Positions 1 to 9,132 of a DNA stretch of 64,000 nt are shown in pieces (position 1 is the first letter of the stretch; each line of letters begins with the position of its first letter). The stretch is from NCBI GenBank assembly GCA_045119035.1, contig JBGVCU010000034.1, positions 2,626 to 66,625 of the forward strand, read 5' to 3'. Made by a program: the position numbers and the translations under genes. The notes under the pieces are model-generated. The model did no database searches and was not told the origin of the DNA. It saw nothing but the letters and a program-made list of their open reading frames with translations. The stretch comes from Bacilli bacterium. Its GTDB lineage: Bacteria; Bacillota_I; Bacilli_A; ML615J-28; CAG-313.

Positions 1-25
1 TTAATTTAACTAATTTATTTTTCAT
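1..25 (-). CDS. N-terminus of a gene running off the window (MKNKLVKL...), possibly a metal uptake component
   Basis: ATG at 25 preceded by GGAGGT RBS and overlapping the end of the Fur gene; product is a guess from context only. Confidence 0.4.
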
Positions 26-437
26 TTCTTACCTCCTTCTTACATTCTTCACAAACACCATATAGAATAACACTAGAAGGTTCTACAGAAAAACCATAGT
101 CTTTTTTAATTTTATTATTTAATGTATTGATTTGTTTTAATTCTATATGAATAATTTTGCCACAATCACTACATTTTAAATGATAATGTTCATCACAATG
201 TTTACCAACATATTGATAAAAACAGGCTATATTATCGTTTTTAAAGAATTTTTTAACTTCTCCAGTTTGTACTAGATGATCTAAATATCTATATAAAGTA
301 GCTTTACCAACAGGAGTATTATCATTTTTTAAAGTATGAAGTAGTTCTTCTGCCGTATATTGATGATTCTTGTTTAACATCATTTTATCTAAAATTACAC
401 TACGTTGTTTAGTTGAATAACTTTTGCATGAATTCAT
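15..437 (-). CDS. Fur-family metalloregulator (Zur/Fur-like)
   Basis: STKQR...ATLYRYL helix, HYHLKCSDCG and YGVCEEC Cys motifs; AGGAGG RBS. Confidence 0.93.
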   Translation of the reverse strand: MNSCKSYSTKQRSVILDKMMLNKNHQYTAEELLHTLKNDNTPVGKATLYRYLDHLVQTGEVKKFFKNDNIACFYQYVGKHCDEHYHLKCSDCGKIIHIELKQINTLNNKIKKDYGFSVEPSSVILYGVCEECKKEVRNEK

Positions 438-463
438 GATTTTTCCTCCTTGACAAAATTTAG

Positions 464-488
464 TAATTTGAAACTCAGTTTCAAATTA
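464..488. promoter_or_regulatory. Perfect 12-1-12 palindromic operator (Fur-family box) overlapping the likely transcription start
   Basis: TAATTTGAAACT-C-AGTTTCAAATTA, with a 7-1-7 core TGAAACT-C-AGTTTCA, directly upstream of the Fur gene. Confidence 0.8.
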
Positions 489-516
489 TTTTACCATATA
501 ATTGTCATTTTGTCAA
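488..516 (-). promoter_or_regulatory. sigma-A promoter of the fur operon
   Basis: TTGACA(516-511)-17 bp-TAAAAT(493-488) with extended TG. Confidence 0.75.
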
Positions 517-536
517 GTAATTATATATATTTTCAC

Positions 537-965
537 CTATTTATAAACAATTATAAAACTACCTAAAATTAGTAAGATTGTACCTATTACATCATACATA
601 GTAATCTTTTCTTTTAAAATAAAAAAAGATAATACTAAAACTAAAATTATACTTAATTTATCAATCGCAAGTACATTTTTAATTTCTCCTTTACTTAATG
701 ATATAAAATAAAAAATATATGCTAAAAATGTACATATCGATACAATAATTAACATTAATAAATCATGTTTAGATATATTAAATATTTTATGTTTTGTATC
801 TTTTATAAAGAATAAACTAAAACTAAAAATAAATATTAAAAAATTCCTATATATTGTACTAACATAAGGATCCACATTAGATAGACTTTTTTTAAGAAAA
901 ACCTGCATTAAGCTTGCAAATATCAAAGATAAAATACTAAATAATAACCACATTATAATCACCAT
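537..965 (-). CDS. EamA/DMT family small membrane transporter
   Basis: ~5 TM helices, IDKLSI..L..FILKE motif; real start probably MWLL at 953. Confidence 0.85.
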   Translation of the reverse strand: MVIIMWLLFSILSLIFASLMQVFLKKSLSNVDPYVSTIYRNFLIFIFSFSLFFIKDTKHKIFNISKHDLLMLIIVSICTFLAYIFYFISLSKGEIKNVLAIDKLSIILVLVLSFFILKEKITMYDVIGTILLILGSFIIVYK

Positions 966-997
966 ATATATTTTTTATTTTGTTAAAAGATATATAC

Positions 998-1030
998 AAA
1001 AAAAGAAACAATCTTAATAGATTGTTTCTT
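998..1030 (-). terminator. Intrinsic terminator of the addB-addA-HAD operon
   Basis: AAGAAACAATCT-taat-AGATTGTTTCTT hairpin with U-tract on minus strand. Confidence 0.75.
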
Positions 1031-1036
1031 ATATTT

Positions 1037-1924
1037 TTACTCTTCTTCTTGCTCTGGGCTAACAGTAACAATTGTTGGTGTTTTTCTTTCAATTTCTTGT
1101 TCTGTTTTAATTCTTTCAAGTTCATTAACAAGTGCCATTTTTTGAATGATTAGTTTTACAATTTCTTCAAGTTCAGAACCTTCTCTATAGTCACTTGGAC
1201 ATACGTAGTTTACGCGACCTTCATCGATAAGTTTTTGAATTTTATAGAATTTATTTGGTTGATAGATAGCAATTGATTGTCCACCATATTGTTTAACCAG
1301 TTTCATACAAGGAACATCAGTAAGTCCATCTCCAAAGTAAATCATATTACGATATGGAACTCTACGTTGTTCATCATGCATTTTACTATTTAATGTATCG
1401 TCATCTAAAGTATCTAATACACCTTTTGAAATTCTAAATAAGAATTGTGTTTTTGTTGTAAAGTTGATTGCTTGTTGAGGCCAGTCTGCATTTCCACTTG
1501 CGTTATAGTGAAATTCACAAGCATAGATTTTTTTGAATTCTTTAGCAATTGTAGTTCCTTGAATAATTTCAGTAAGTCCTGAAGAAATAATATAGTGTTC
1601 AATTTCAACGCCTAGGCTTTTACCATATGCATTAATTCTTTTAAACCAAGATTTAACACCGGGGAATAATTTTACATCACGACCAAGTGCCATAAAAGAT
1701 TCTTTTGTAATTGGGACATTATTTTTCTTAGCTTGTTTAATCATAACATACATGTATGCTAAGATTTTATCCATTGATGATTTAACACTAACTCTATTTG
1801 CTTCTTCCCAAAATTCTCCAGCACTCATTCCAATACTTGGAATAAAACTGTATTCTTGCATATCTTTTGGTGATAGTGTTTTATCAAAGTCATATAAAAA
1901 TGCAATAATCTTTTTCTTTTGCAT
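1037..1924 (-). CDS. HAD-superfamily hydrolase
   Basis: Motif I YDFDKTL, motif II ISSG, motif IV GDGLTD. Confidence 0.9.
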   Translation of the reverse strand: MQKKKIIAFLYDFDKTLSPKDMQEYSFIPSIGMSAGEFWEEANRVSVKSSMDKILAYMYVMIKQAKKNNVPITKESFMALGRDVKLFPGVKSWFKRINAYGKSLGVEIEHYIISSGLTEIIQGTTIAKEFKKIYACEFHYNASGNADWPQQAINFTTKTQFLFRISKGVLDTLDDDTLNSKMHDEQRRVPYRNMIYFGDGLTDVPCMKLVKQYGGQSIAIYQPNKFYKIQKLIDEGRVNYVCPSDYREGSELEEIVKLIIQKMALVNELERIKTEQEIERKTPTIVTVSPEQEEE

Positions 1925-1932
1925 AAATCCTC

Positions 1933-4900
1933 CTAAAAAAGCTCTTTAAATTCACTTTTAAATAGTGAATATAAATATACTTTAATTTCTTTATTTGTAA
2001 CTTTTTCTAAATAAGTTTTATATTGATTTAATTGATTTAGATAATTTTCATCATCAGTATTACTTAATTTATAATCAATTAAATATAAATGATCTTTTGT
2101 TTCTAATATTAAATCAATTATTGATTTATTACCAAATTCATCAAAATATGCATACTCATGATATTCATTAATAAAATCTAAACTTTTAATTAAATCACTA
2201 TTTAAAAAGTTTCTAACAATATTATACTCTATGTATGAGTCATAATATCCTAAATTTGCATTTTTTATAGAAATATTTTCTAGAACATTATGGAATTTTG
2301 TTCCAAGTTCAAGTACACTAGTAGTATCTTTTGTATTTAAACTTAATGTTTTTTTAGATGCTCTTGTATGATTAATTAATTTTGTTTCTTGATGAATATC
2401 ATTATATTCTTTTATAATATCTTTTTTAGAAAGAGTTCTTTTAAAAATTTTAGTATATTGTTTTTTAAATAATGGATTAACAGTTAAATTAATCGATTTA
2501 TAAAACATATTTAAATAATCGCCAGAATAACATAGCATATCTTCTAAAGAGTTAATTTTTTGTTTAGAAACTTTTTCAAATTCTGTATCAGTTACTAAAA
2601 TAATTTTTTCTTTCGCTCTTGTTAAAGCTACATAAAATAATCTTATTTTTTCAGAAATTTCTTCTTCATAATACTTTTTCTTAAAGACTTCTTTTACAAA
2701 AACTTTATTTAATCCATCTTTTTCAAATTCTAATATTAATCCATAATTATTTGAAAATAAGAATGATCCTTTTGTGTCTTGCAAATTAAATCCTCTATCT
2801 AAGTTTGCAAAATAACAAATTGGATATTCTAATCCTTTTGATTTATGAATTGTCGTAATTGTAACCCCATCAACTCCATCAATTGGAAATTTATATTCAA
2901 TATCAAGTTCATCGTCTGAATATATATATTCTAAATACTTTATAAATTCTAAAATTCCTAATTCATCAAATTCCATACTTTTAGAATATAAGAATTCTAA
3001 TTTCTTTTCTCTTTCAGTAACATTACCTACTTTAATTATTTTATGATATATATTAAAGTCTTTATATATATCACTTATAATATTAGATAAAGATGTATTT
3101 TCAATCATTTGAGAATATTTAATTAATAAATCATCTAATTCTTTATTAAAACTTCTTAAGTTAATTTCATTATATTGGTAATTATCATGAATAATATCAT
3201 CTTTTGTTTCAATAATAAATGATCTTAATACTGATAAAAGTGATTTATTATATTTTATTTTTTCATAATTAGGATAACATTTAGAATAAGCACATTCTAA
3301 AATAGATTTTATAAATACAACTTCTTCGCTTCTAATAAAAGAACTTGATTCCGTTGTAATAAGAGGAATTCCAAGATATTTAAATATATTTTCAAATACT
3401 TTAAAAACTTTTTTACTAGATAAAATAATTGAAAAATCTTTATATTTAGCTTTTCGATAATTTTTTAAATCTTTATCATATATTTGATATTTATCCATTT
3501 TATCTAAAATATCAAATCCAATAGTGAATGCTTCAATTTCAATTTTAGAAAAATCTTTATACTCTTCCATTCCATATGATAAATATTCTAGGTTATATTC
3601 ATTCGGTTTTGGTAAACTATTATATGCTTCATTACCAAATGTTAATCTTTGTTTCCCTGTATAATCTACTCCACCATAATTTTTTTCCATAAGGGGAGTA
3701 AAAATATTATTAATATTAGAAAGAACTTCTTCTCTTGATCTAAAATTAGATGTTAAGTCAATTACTTTTCCATTTATACCATTACCAAAATCTGTAAGTT
3801 TTTGTGAAAATAAACGTGGATTAGCATTTCTAAATTTATAGATAGATTGTTTTATATCGCCAACTAAAAATAGATTGTTATTTGCGATTAGTTGAATTAA
3901 AGCTTCTTGAATATCTGATGTATCTTGATATTCATCAATTAAAATTTCTTTAGTATTATATTTAAACTTATTACATATATCACTATTATCTTTAAATAAT
4001 TTAATTGCAAACTTACTAATATCATTAAATGTAAACATATTGTGGTTATGTTTATATATATTAAGTTCATTTAACACAATATTTAAAACATAAAAGAATG
4101 CTTTACAATATGGTTTAGTCAACTCATATTCGTAAATTAATTCTTCTTTAGTTTTTGAAACAAGTTCTTTTGTACTATCAATTAATCTTTTTAATTTCTC
4201 TCTTGTTTTCTTGTACTCAGCAACTTCAACATCATCTAATGCTTTTTTTCTTGTAGGAAGTTTACTAGATAATACATTATATATATATTCAAAATCAACA
4301 TAATCTAAATCTTTTATTGGTTCTAATACTTTTTCAATTCCATATACGTTATCAAGAATTGCCTTATCAGTATAAAACTTTGAATCATCTAAATGTTCAA
4401 AGATCAATTCTATTTTAGATTTAATTACTTCATCATATATAGTTAATAAATATTCACTATGGTTAATATCGTAATATTTATTATAATATGAATCATTATA
4501 GTCAATAATTAAATCAATTTTCTTTAAAATATTTACAATTGCATTAGCTAATACATCTGAATTTTTAAGTGTATATGTATTTGCAAGTAGTAATATATTT
4601 TGGTCATTTTGTTCGAATAAATTATTTATTACTTTTTCAGTAATTTCTCTTTTAATAATTTCATGATACTGATTATCAAAGACCTTAAAGTTTTTTGGAA
4701 TATTAAGTAGATAGTTATATGTTTTTACAATATCACTTGTGAAACTATCAAATGTTTGAATATGAGAAACATCTATTATTTGTAATTGTTCATAAACAAA
4801 TTTACTCTTTGTTTTTTCGAATACTTTTTTTAAACTTTTTCTTAGACGTTCTTTCATAGTAGATGCTGCATCTTTTGTAAATGTTAAAACAATTAGTTCA

Positions 4901-5067
4901 TTTAAAGAAACACCATCTAATACTTTTTGAGTTAAGCGTTCTGTTAAAACTGCTGTTTTTCCGCTTCCTGCTCCTGCACTTACTAGTATATTACAACCTT
5001 TATCATATATAGCATTCCATTGTTCGGTAGTCCAAATGACATTATCTGGTTTCTTAGGTATCATCAT
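1933..5067 (-). CDS. addA: AddA-type UvrD helicase-nuclease
   Basis: AGAGSGKT, DEYQD, VGDIKQSIYKFR, TIHKSKGLE, YVALTRA and C-terminal IDYK nuclease motif. Confidence 0.93.
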   Translation of the reverse strand: MMIPKKPDNVIWTTEQWNAIYDKGCNILVSAGAGSGKTAVLTERLTQKVLDGVSLNELIVLTFTKDAASTMKERLRKSLKKVFEKTKSKFVYEQLQIIDVSHIQTFDSFTSDIVKTYNYLLNIPKNFKVFDNQYHEIIKREITEKVINNLFEQNDQNILLLANTYTLKNSDVLANAIVNILKKIDLIIDYNDSYYNKYYDINHSEYLLTIYDEVIKSKIELIFEHLDDSKFYTDKAILDNVYGIEKVLEPIKDLDYVDFEYIYNVLSSKLPTRKKALDDVEVAEYKKTREKLKRLIDSTKELVSKTKEELIYEYELTKPYCKAFFYVLNIVLNELNIYKHNHNMFTFNDISKFAIKLFKDNSDICNKFKYNTKEILIDEYQDTSDIQEALIQLIANNNLFLVGDIKQSIYKFRNANPRLFSQKLTDFGNGINGKVIDLTSNFRSREEVLSNINNIFTPLMEKNYGGVDYTGKQRLTFGNEAYNSLPKPNEYNLEYLSYGMEEYKDFSKIEIEAFTIGFDILDKMDKYQIYDKDLKNYRKAKYKDFSIILSSKKVFKVFENIFKYLGIPLITTESSSFIRSEEVVFIKSILECAYSKCYPNYEKIKYNKSLLSVLRSFIIETKDDIIHDNYQYNEINLRSFNKELDDLLIKYSQMIENTSLSNIISDIYKDFNIYHKIIKVGNVTEREKKLEFLYSKSMEFDELGILEFIKYLEYIYSDDELDIEYKFPIDGVDGVTITTIHKSKGLEYPICYFANLDRGFNLQDTKGSFLFSNNYGLILEFEKDGLNKVFVKEVFKKKYYEEEISEKIRLFYVALTRAKEKIILVTDTEFEKVSKQKINSLEDMLCYSGDYLNMFYKSINLTVNPLFKKQYTKIFKRTLSKKDIIKEYNDIHQETKLINHTRASKKTLSLNTKDTTSVLELGTKFHNVLENISIKNANLGYYDSYIEYNIVRNFLNSDLIKSLDFINEYHEYAYFDEFGNKSIIDLILETKDHLYLIDYKLSNTDDENYLNQLNQYKTYLEKVTNKEIKVYLYSLFKSEFKELF

Positions 5068-7376
5068 TTTTTACCTCCTGGTTTTTCAATATATTTAAAG
5101 TCTTGATATGTTTTATAACATATAGTTCCGTAAGGGCAATACTTACAAGTAGACTCTTTATCAATCATTTTCGGATCAATCGTAAAATCTCCTTCGTGAA
5201 TTGACATTAATGAATTATTAACTAGGAAATTAATTGTTTCAATCATAGAATCTATATATTCTTTAGATAATGCATCTTTATTTTTAATAATATTTTTTAA
5301 GAAATCACTATCTTCACTAGAAAAACATCCATTATAAACTAATTCATCTTGATATTGCATATCAACAGTTTTCTTATTAATGTGTTTATACATTTTACTA
5401 GGCATTACGCGTTGAATAAAAGCACCTAATAAAGCCATATTTTCTTTACCTAATGAAAGTAAGTAAAAATAATATGGAACTTGAATTTTTAAGCCATATT
5501 CTAAAAGATTTAAATCAATTTTATTATCGCCTGTCTTATAATCAACAATTAAAACCTTTTGTAATTCTTCTACTTGATAGATAAAATACTTGTCAATAAT
5601 ACCTTCAACTAAATCATAGTAAGTAGAATCATTTACCTTACATTCTAAAACATGTTTGATGTCTTTTTCAAATTCAATTTTAGTAAATGTTCCTTTATGA
5701 TATAAATCATTAATAATGTTATAACTTTTAACAACATACTCTTTATAACGATTATAGTAATATTTTGTTTCCTCATCATCACTGATATTATTATCTAACA
5801 TATATATATTTGTTTCATTATCAACATCAGATATATTCATTTCATTATTAAATAATTTTTTTAACATTAAATGAAAATAACTTCCAAGTTTACTAGAAGA
5901 CTCATCTTTATAAGTTGGAACATGTAAAACTTTTTCTAAATAATATCGATATTTACATTCATAGAATGTTTCTAAAGATGTTGCTGAAAGTTTGATATTT
6001 TTATCAATTTTAAAAGTCCCATTAAATTTATTAGAATAAGATTGATAGATATCTTTTACATTACTTTGATATAAACTAGTTAAATTATCATTTTCTTCTT
6101 GGTAAATATAATAATTATCAAGTGCTTTAGCAAATTCTACTTCATCATAAATTTTCGATACATTATTGTTAATATTTTTAATAGATGTTAATTTATTTAA
6201 TTTAATTAAAACATCACTAATTATTTGATTAAAGGAAGTATTATAAGTTAAGATACCCTTATTTAAAGAATATATTTGATTAACTAAATTTGTAGTATTA
6301 AAATTATTAATTTCTTTACTAGTTAATAAATTATTTACTTCTCTTACAGAATCATTAAAATAGTCACTATTTTTTACTAATTTAGGAAAACTATTTTGAC
6401 AGCACCCTAGAAAATATATATTTTTATTATTAAAGCTAGTAGGTAATTGACTAATTAAATTGACATTAACAATTTCTTTATCTAAACTTACATCTTCATT
6501 TTTAAAAGAATCCATTAAAAAAGGTTTAAAATATGGATAATCATTAATATCGAATGTAGTATATTCATTAAAGATTTTATATATTTTTTCTAAATTTTCT
6601 TCACTTATTATATATCTACTTACAATATCACTAATTGCTTCATTAAATAATTCTATTAAAGAATCTCTTTTATCAATATGAGTTTCAATATAAGAAAGTA
6701 GGCTTCTACCATAAACTGTTTCATAAAAAGAAACATTAATATCTGAGGTGTATTTGATATTCATTAAATCTAATTTTGATTTTAAAATAGGTAAATAATC
6801 TTTATTAGTGTAATATACATATATATTGTCTTTAGTATTTAATAAATCATTTGAAATAGATTTAACAACAAAGTCAACTTCATCATCAATATTATTGAAT
6901 TCATATATATTATAATTATTTTTATTTAAGCTAGATGTTTCATATGTATATATATTTTTATATAAATTAAGAGTTGTTTTTATTAAATCGTTTGTTAAAT
7001 CAGGATTTATAAATATTATTTCTTTTTTACTTAACTCATTTTTAATATATTTATTAATACTATATCCAGCTAATATATCTTCTTTTACATCATTTAATAT
7101 TTCATTATTTATGCTTAAATGATAATATGGTAAGAAGTGATTAAACAATACCTTAGTAAGTTCATAATTATAGCCTTTTTTAACAAGGTTTATCTTAATA
7201 TTAGATGATAATTCACCTAACATATAATTAATAAAAGTTGAGTAATTCATAACTCTAAAAGGAATTAATTTATTTTTATAATGTTCTTGAATATCTTGAT
7301 GTATATCTTTTGTACAAACAATAATTGAATCATTATCAAGTTTAAATTTAGTAAATAAATTATTCATAATAATCAC
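5064..7376 (-). CDS. addB: AddB/RexB-like PD-(D/E)XK nuclease subunit
   Basis: SATSLETFYECKY, GIIDK...VDYKTG, CKYCPYGTIC Fe-S cysteines; overlaps addA start. Confidence 0.85.
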   Translation of the reverse strand: MIIMNNLFTKFKLDNDSIIVCTKDIHQDIQEHYKNKLIPFRVMNYSTFINYMLGELSSNIKINLVKKGYNYELTKVLFNHFLPYYHLSINNEILNDVKEDILAGYSINKYIKNELSKKEIIFINPDLTNDLIKTTLNLYKNIYTYETSSLNKNNYNIYEFNNIDDEVDFVVKSISNDLLNTKDNIYVYYTNKDYLPILKSKLDLMNIKYTSDINVSFYETVYGRSLLSYIETHIDKRDSLIELFNEAISDIVSRYIISEENLEKIYKIFNEYTTFDINDYPYFKPFLMDSFKNEDVSLDKEIVNVNLISQLPTSFNNKNIYFLGCCQNSFPKLVKNSDYFNDSVREVNNLLTSKEINNFNTTNLVNQIYSLNKGILTYNTSFNQIISDVLIKLNKLTSIKNINNNVSKIYDEVEFAKALDNYYIYQEENDNLTSLYQSNVKDIYQSYSNKFNGTFKIDKNIKLSATSLETFYECKYRYYLEKVLHVPTYKDESSSKLGSYFHLMLKKLFNNEMNISDVDNETNIYMLDNNISDDEETKYYYNRYKEYVVKSYNIINDLYHKGTFTKIEFEKDIKHVLECKVNDSTYYDLVEGIIDKYFIYQVEELQKVLIVDYKTGDNKIDLNLLEYGLKIQVPYYFYLLSLGKENMALLGAFIQRVMPSKMYKHINKKTVDMQYQDELVYNGCFSSEDSDFLKNIIKNKDALSKEYIDSMIETINFLVNNSLMSIHEGDFTIDPKMIDKESTCKYCPYGTICYKTYQDFKYIEKPGGKK

Positions 7377-7423
7377 TTCCTTTCTTAAATAATTTTATCA
7401 TAAAATCTAAATAATTTCAAATA

Positions 7424-7458
7424 AAAAAGAAAATAAGCACATAAGTGATTATTTTCTT
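7424..7458 (-). terminator. Intrinsic terminator downstream of the lipoprotein array
   Basis: AAGAAAATAAGCAC-ataa-GTGATTATTTTCTT hairpin (one mismatch) plus U-run on minus. Confidence 0.6.
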
Positions 7459-7730
7459 ATTTGAACTTATTTTTTTCTAGATAATTTATACTATTGAATT
7501 ACACAAATCAGCACATATATATCGATTTAATCAGAAAGCAGAGTCTTTGAAAATAAATATCATTAAATTCAATATTAATTATAGTTGGTGAAGTATTTAG
7601 GATTTTTAAAGTAACAACATTTCTTTCTCAAATTAAGTTGAAATTAGTTAAATATATGCTAAAATTATTTTATGTAATGTATAGTATTTTTTTAGAAATA
7701 CCTTACTAACAAAATAGAATTTATTTAATA

Positions 7731-8300
7731 TTATTTATCTTCAAAAACTTCATCATTTCTAGTATATTGATAATTATATACATATAAATCATTATCAATT
7801 TCTGTGGCTTCAATAAATAATTCATGAGTGCTTATTAAAGCACAATCCCAACTTCGATCTTCGGTAATTACTAATTTAACATACTCTTTAATATCATATT
7901 TTAATAAATCAAATTCAATGATATTATTATATATTTCAGTAGCACTAAGAGGGTCACTAATTACATTATATTTATCAGATAAGACTTCGTCATGTTCAAA
8001 TCTCATAAATTCTACTGGTGTTTCTTCATTATCTACAAAAACAGAGATAGTTATATATTCAAGATAAATATACTTAATACCCTCTTGAATGTATTTTTCT
8101 CTTACATCTTCAACATCAATTATCCCGAAGCCAATTGATACTTTATTATCAAATAAACTATTCTCATTAATTTCATATATAAATTTACGACAAAACATAT
8201 TTTCTGGCTTTCCTGGTGGAACTGAATATTCACAACTAAATAACATTATACTCAGCAAAAATATAACAAATAACATTTCTATTCTTTTAATTTTACTCAT
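7731..8300 (-). CDS. Hypothetical lipoprotein (paralog of 8511-9071)
   Basis: Lipobox MLFSC; shares NKVSIGFG/NRVDVCFG, VFVD...PV and LLKYDI/VLDYNI segments with its neighbour. Confidence 0.75.
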   Translation of the reverse strand: MSKIKRIEMLFVIFLLSIMLFSCEYSVPPGKPENMFCRKFIYEINENSLFDNKVSIGFGIIDVEDVREKYIQEGIKYIYLEYITISVFVDNEETPVEFMRFEHDEVLSDKYNVISDPLSATEIYNNIIEFDLLKYDIKEYVKLVITEDRSWDCALISTHELFIEATEIDNDLYVYNYQYTRNDEVFEDK

Positions 8301-8378
8301 TCAATTGCTCCTTTATAATTTATTTAAAAATAATATTCAATTATTAATCATATATTTCATCATTTCCTTTATAAAACA

Positions 8379-8430
8379 AAATTTTTACTCCTAGTTTTAT
8401 TCCTTGTACAGGTGTAATTACAGATGAATT
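8379..8430 (-). repeat. Orphan copy of the 3' end of the 865-aa protease gene
   Basis: Translates NSSVITPVQGIKLGVKI vs protease end NSSIITPVQGIKPDVEI; 40/52 nt identical to 9141-9192 by manual alignment. Confidence 0.85.
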
Positions 8431-8510
8431 TTATAGAACCATACAAATATATTTTTTACTCATATATATGTAATTTAATTATATTCAAAAATTATAGTAT
8501 ATTTTAAAAT

Positions 8511-9071
8511 TTATCCTTTTTGTAAATAAAGAGGTTCCCTATACTCATAACGAGAAACAATGAAATCATTATCTTTAATTTCACCTTCCATATATAAATA
8601 ACTAATGTATGGATCTGAATAAGTATCCGTATCATTTACAACATAACATTGATTATAAGAAAGCTCAATTTTTATAAAATTTGTAATATTATAATCTAGT
8701 ACATTAATATATATAGGTTTACTAAAATCAGATGTACTATTCGGTCTTGAAACAAGTTTTTTATATATCATAGATAGTAGATCATTATTAGGAATTTCAA
8801 TCACATCAACGGGATTAGTATCGTCATCTACAAAAACTTTAATTAGTACATCACAAATAATTAGACTGTAAATTATATCTTTTTTATCCAAATAACCGAA
8901 ACATACATCCACTCTATTATTTTTAAGTTTACTATTATTAACTTTAAAGTAGATTTGAGACTCAAATCTAGAAATTGGATCAGAAGAATTTTCCATACCG
9001 CTACATCCTACTAAAAAAATATTCAATAAAAGAATAAAAATTAATGATTTTATTATAGATATTTTATTCAT
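8511..9071 (-). CDS. Hypothetical lipoprotein, immediately downstream of the protease
   Basis: Lipobox LVGC, AGGAGGAG RBS. Confidence 0.8.
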   Translation of the reverse strand: MNKISIIKSLIFILLLNIFLVGCSGMENSSDPISRFESQIYFKVNNSKLKNNRVDVCFGYLDKKDIIYSLIICDVLIKVFVDDDTNPVDVIEIPNNDLLSMIYKKLVSRPNSTSDFSKPIYINVLDYNITNFIKIELSYNQCYVVNDTDTYSDPYISYLYMEGEIKDNDFIVSRYEYREPLYLQKG

Positions 9072-9132
9072 AAAACTCCTCCTTTTATTATTAACAGTTT
9101 TCGCGTCTTACACTATCAATGTTTGATGTTTT

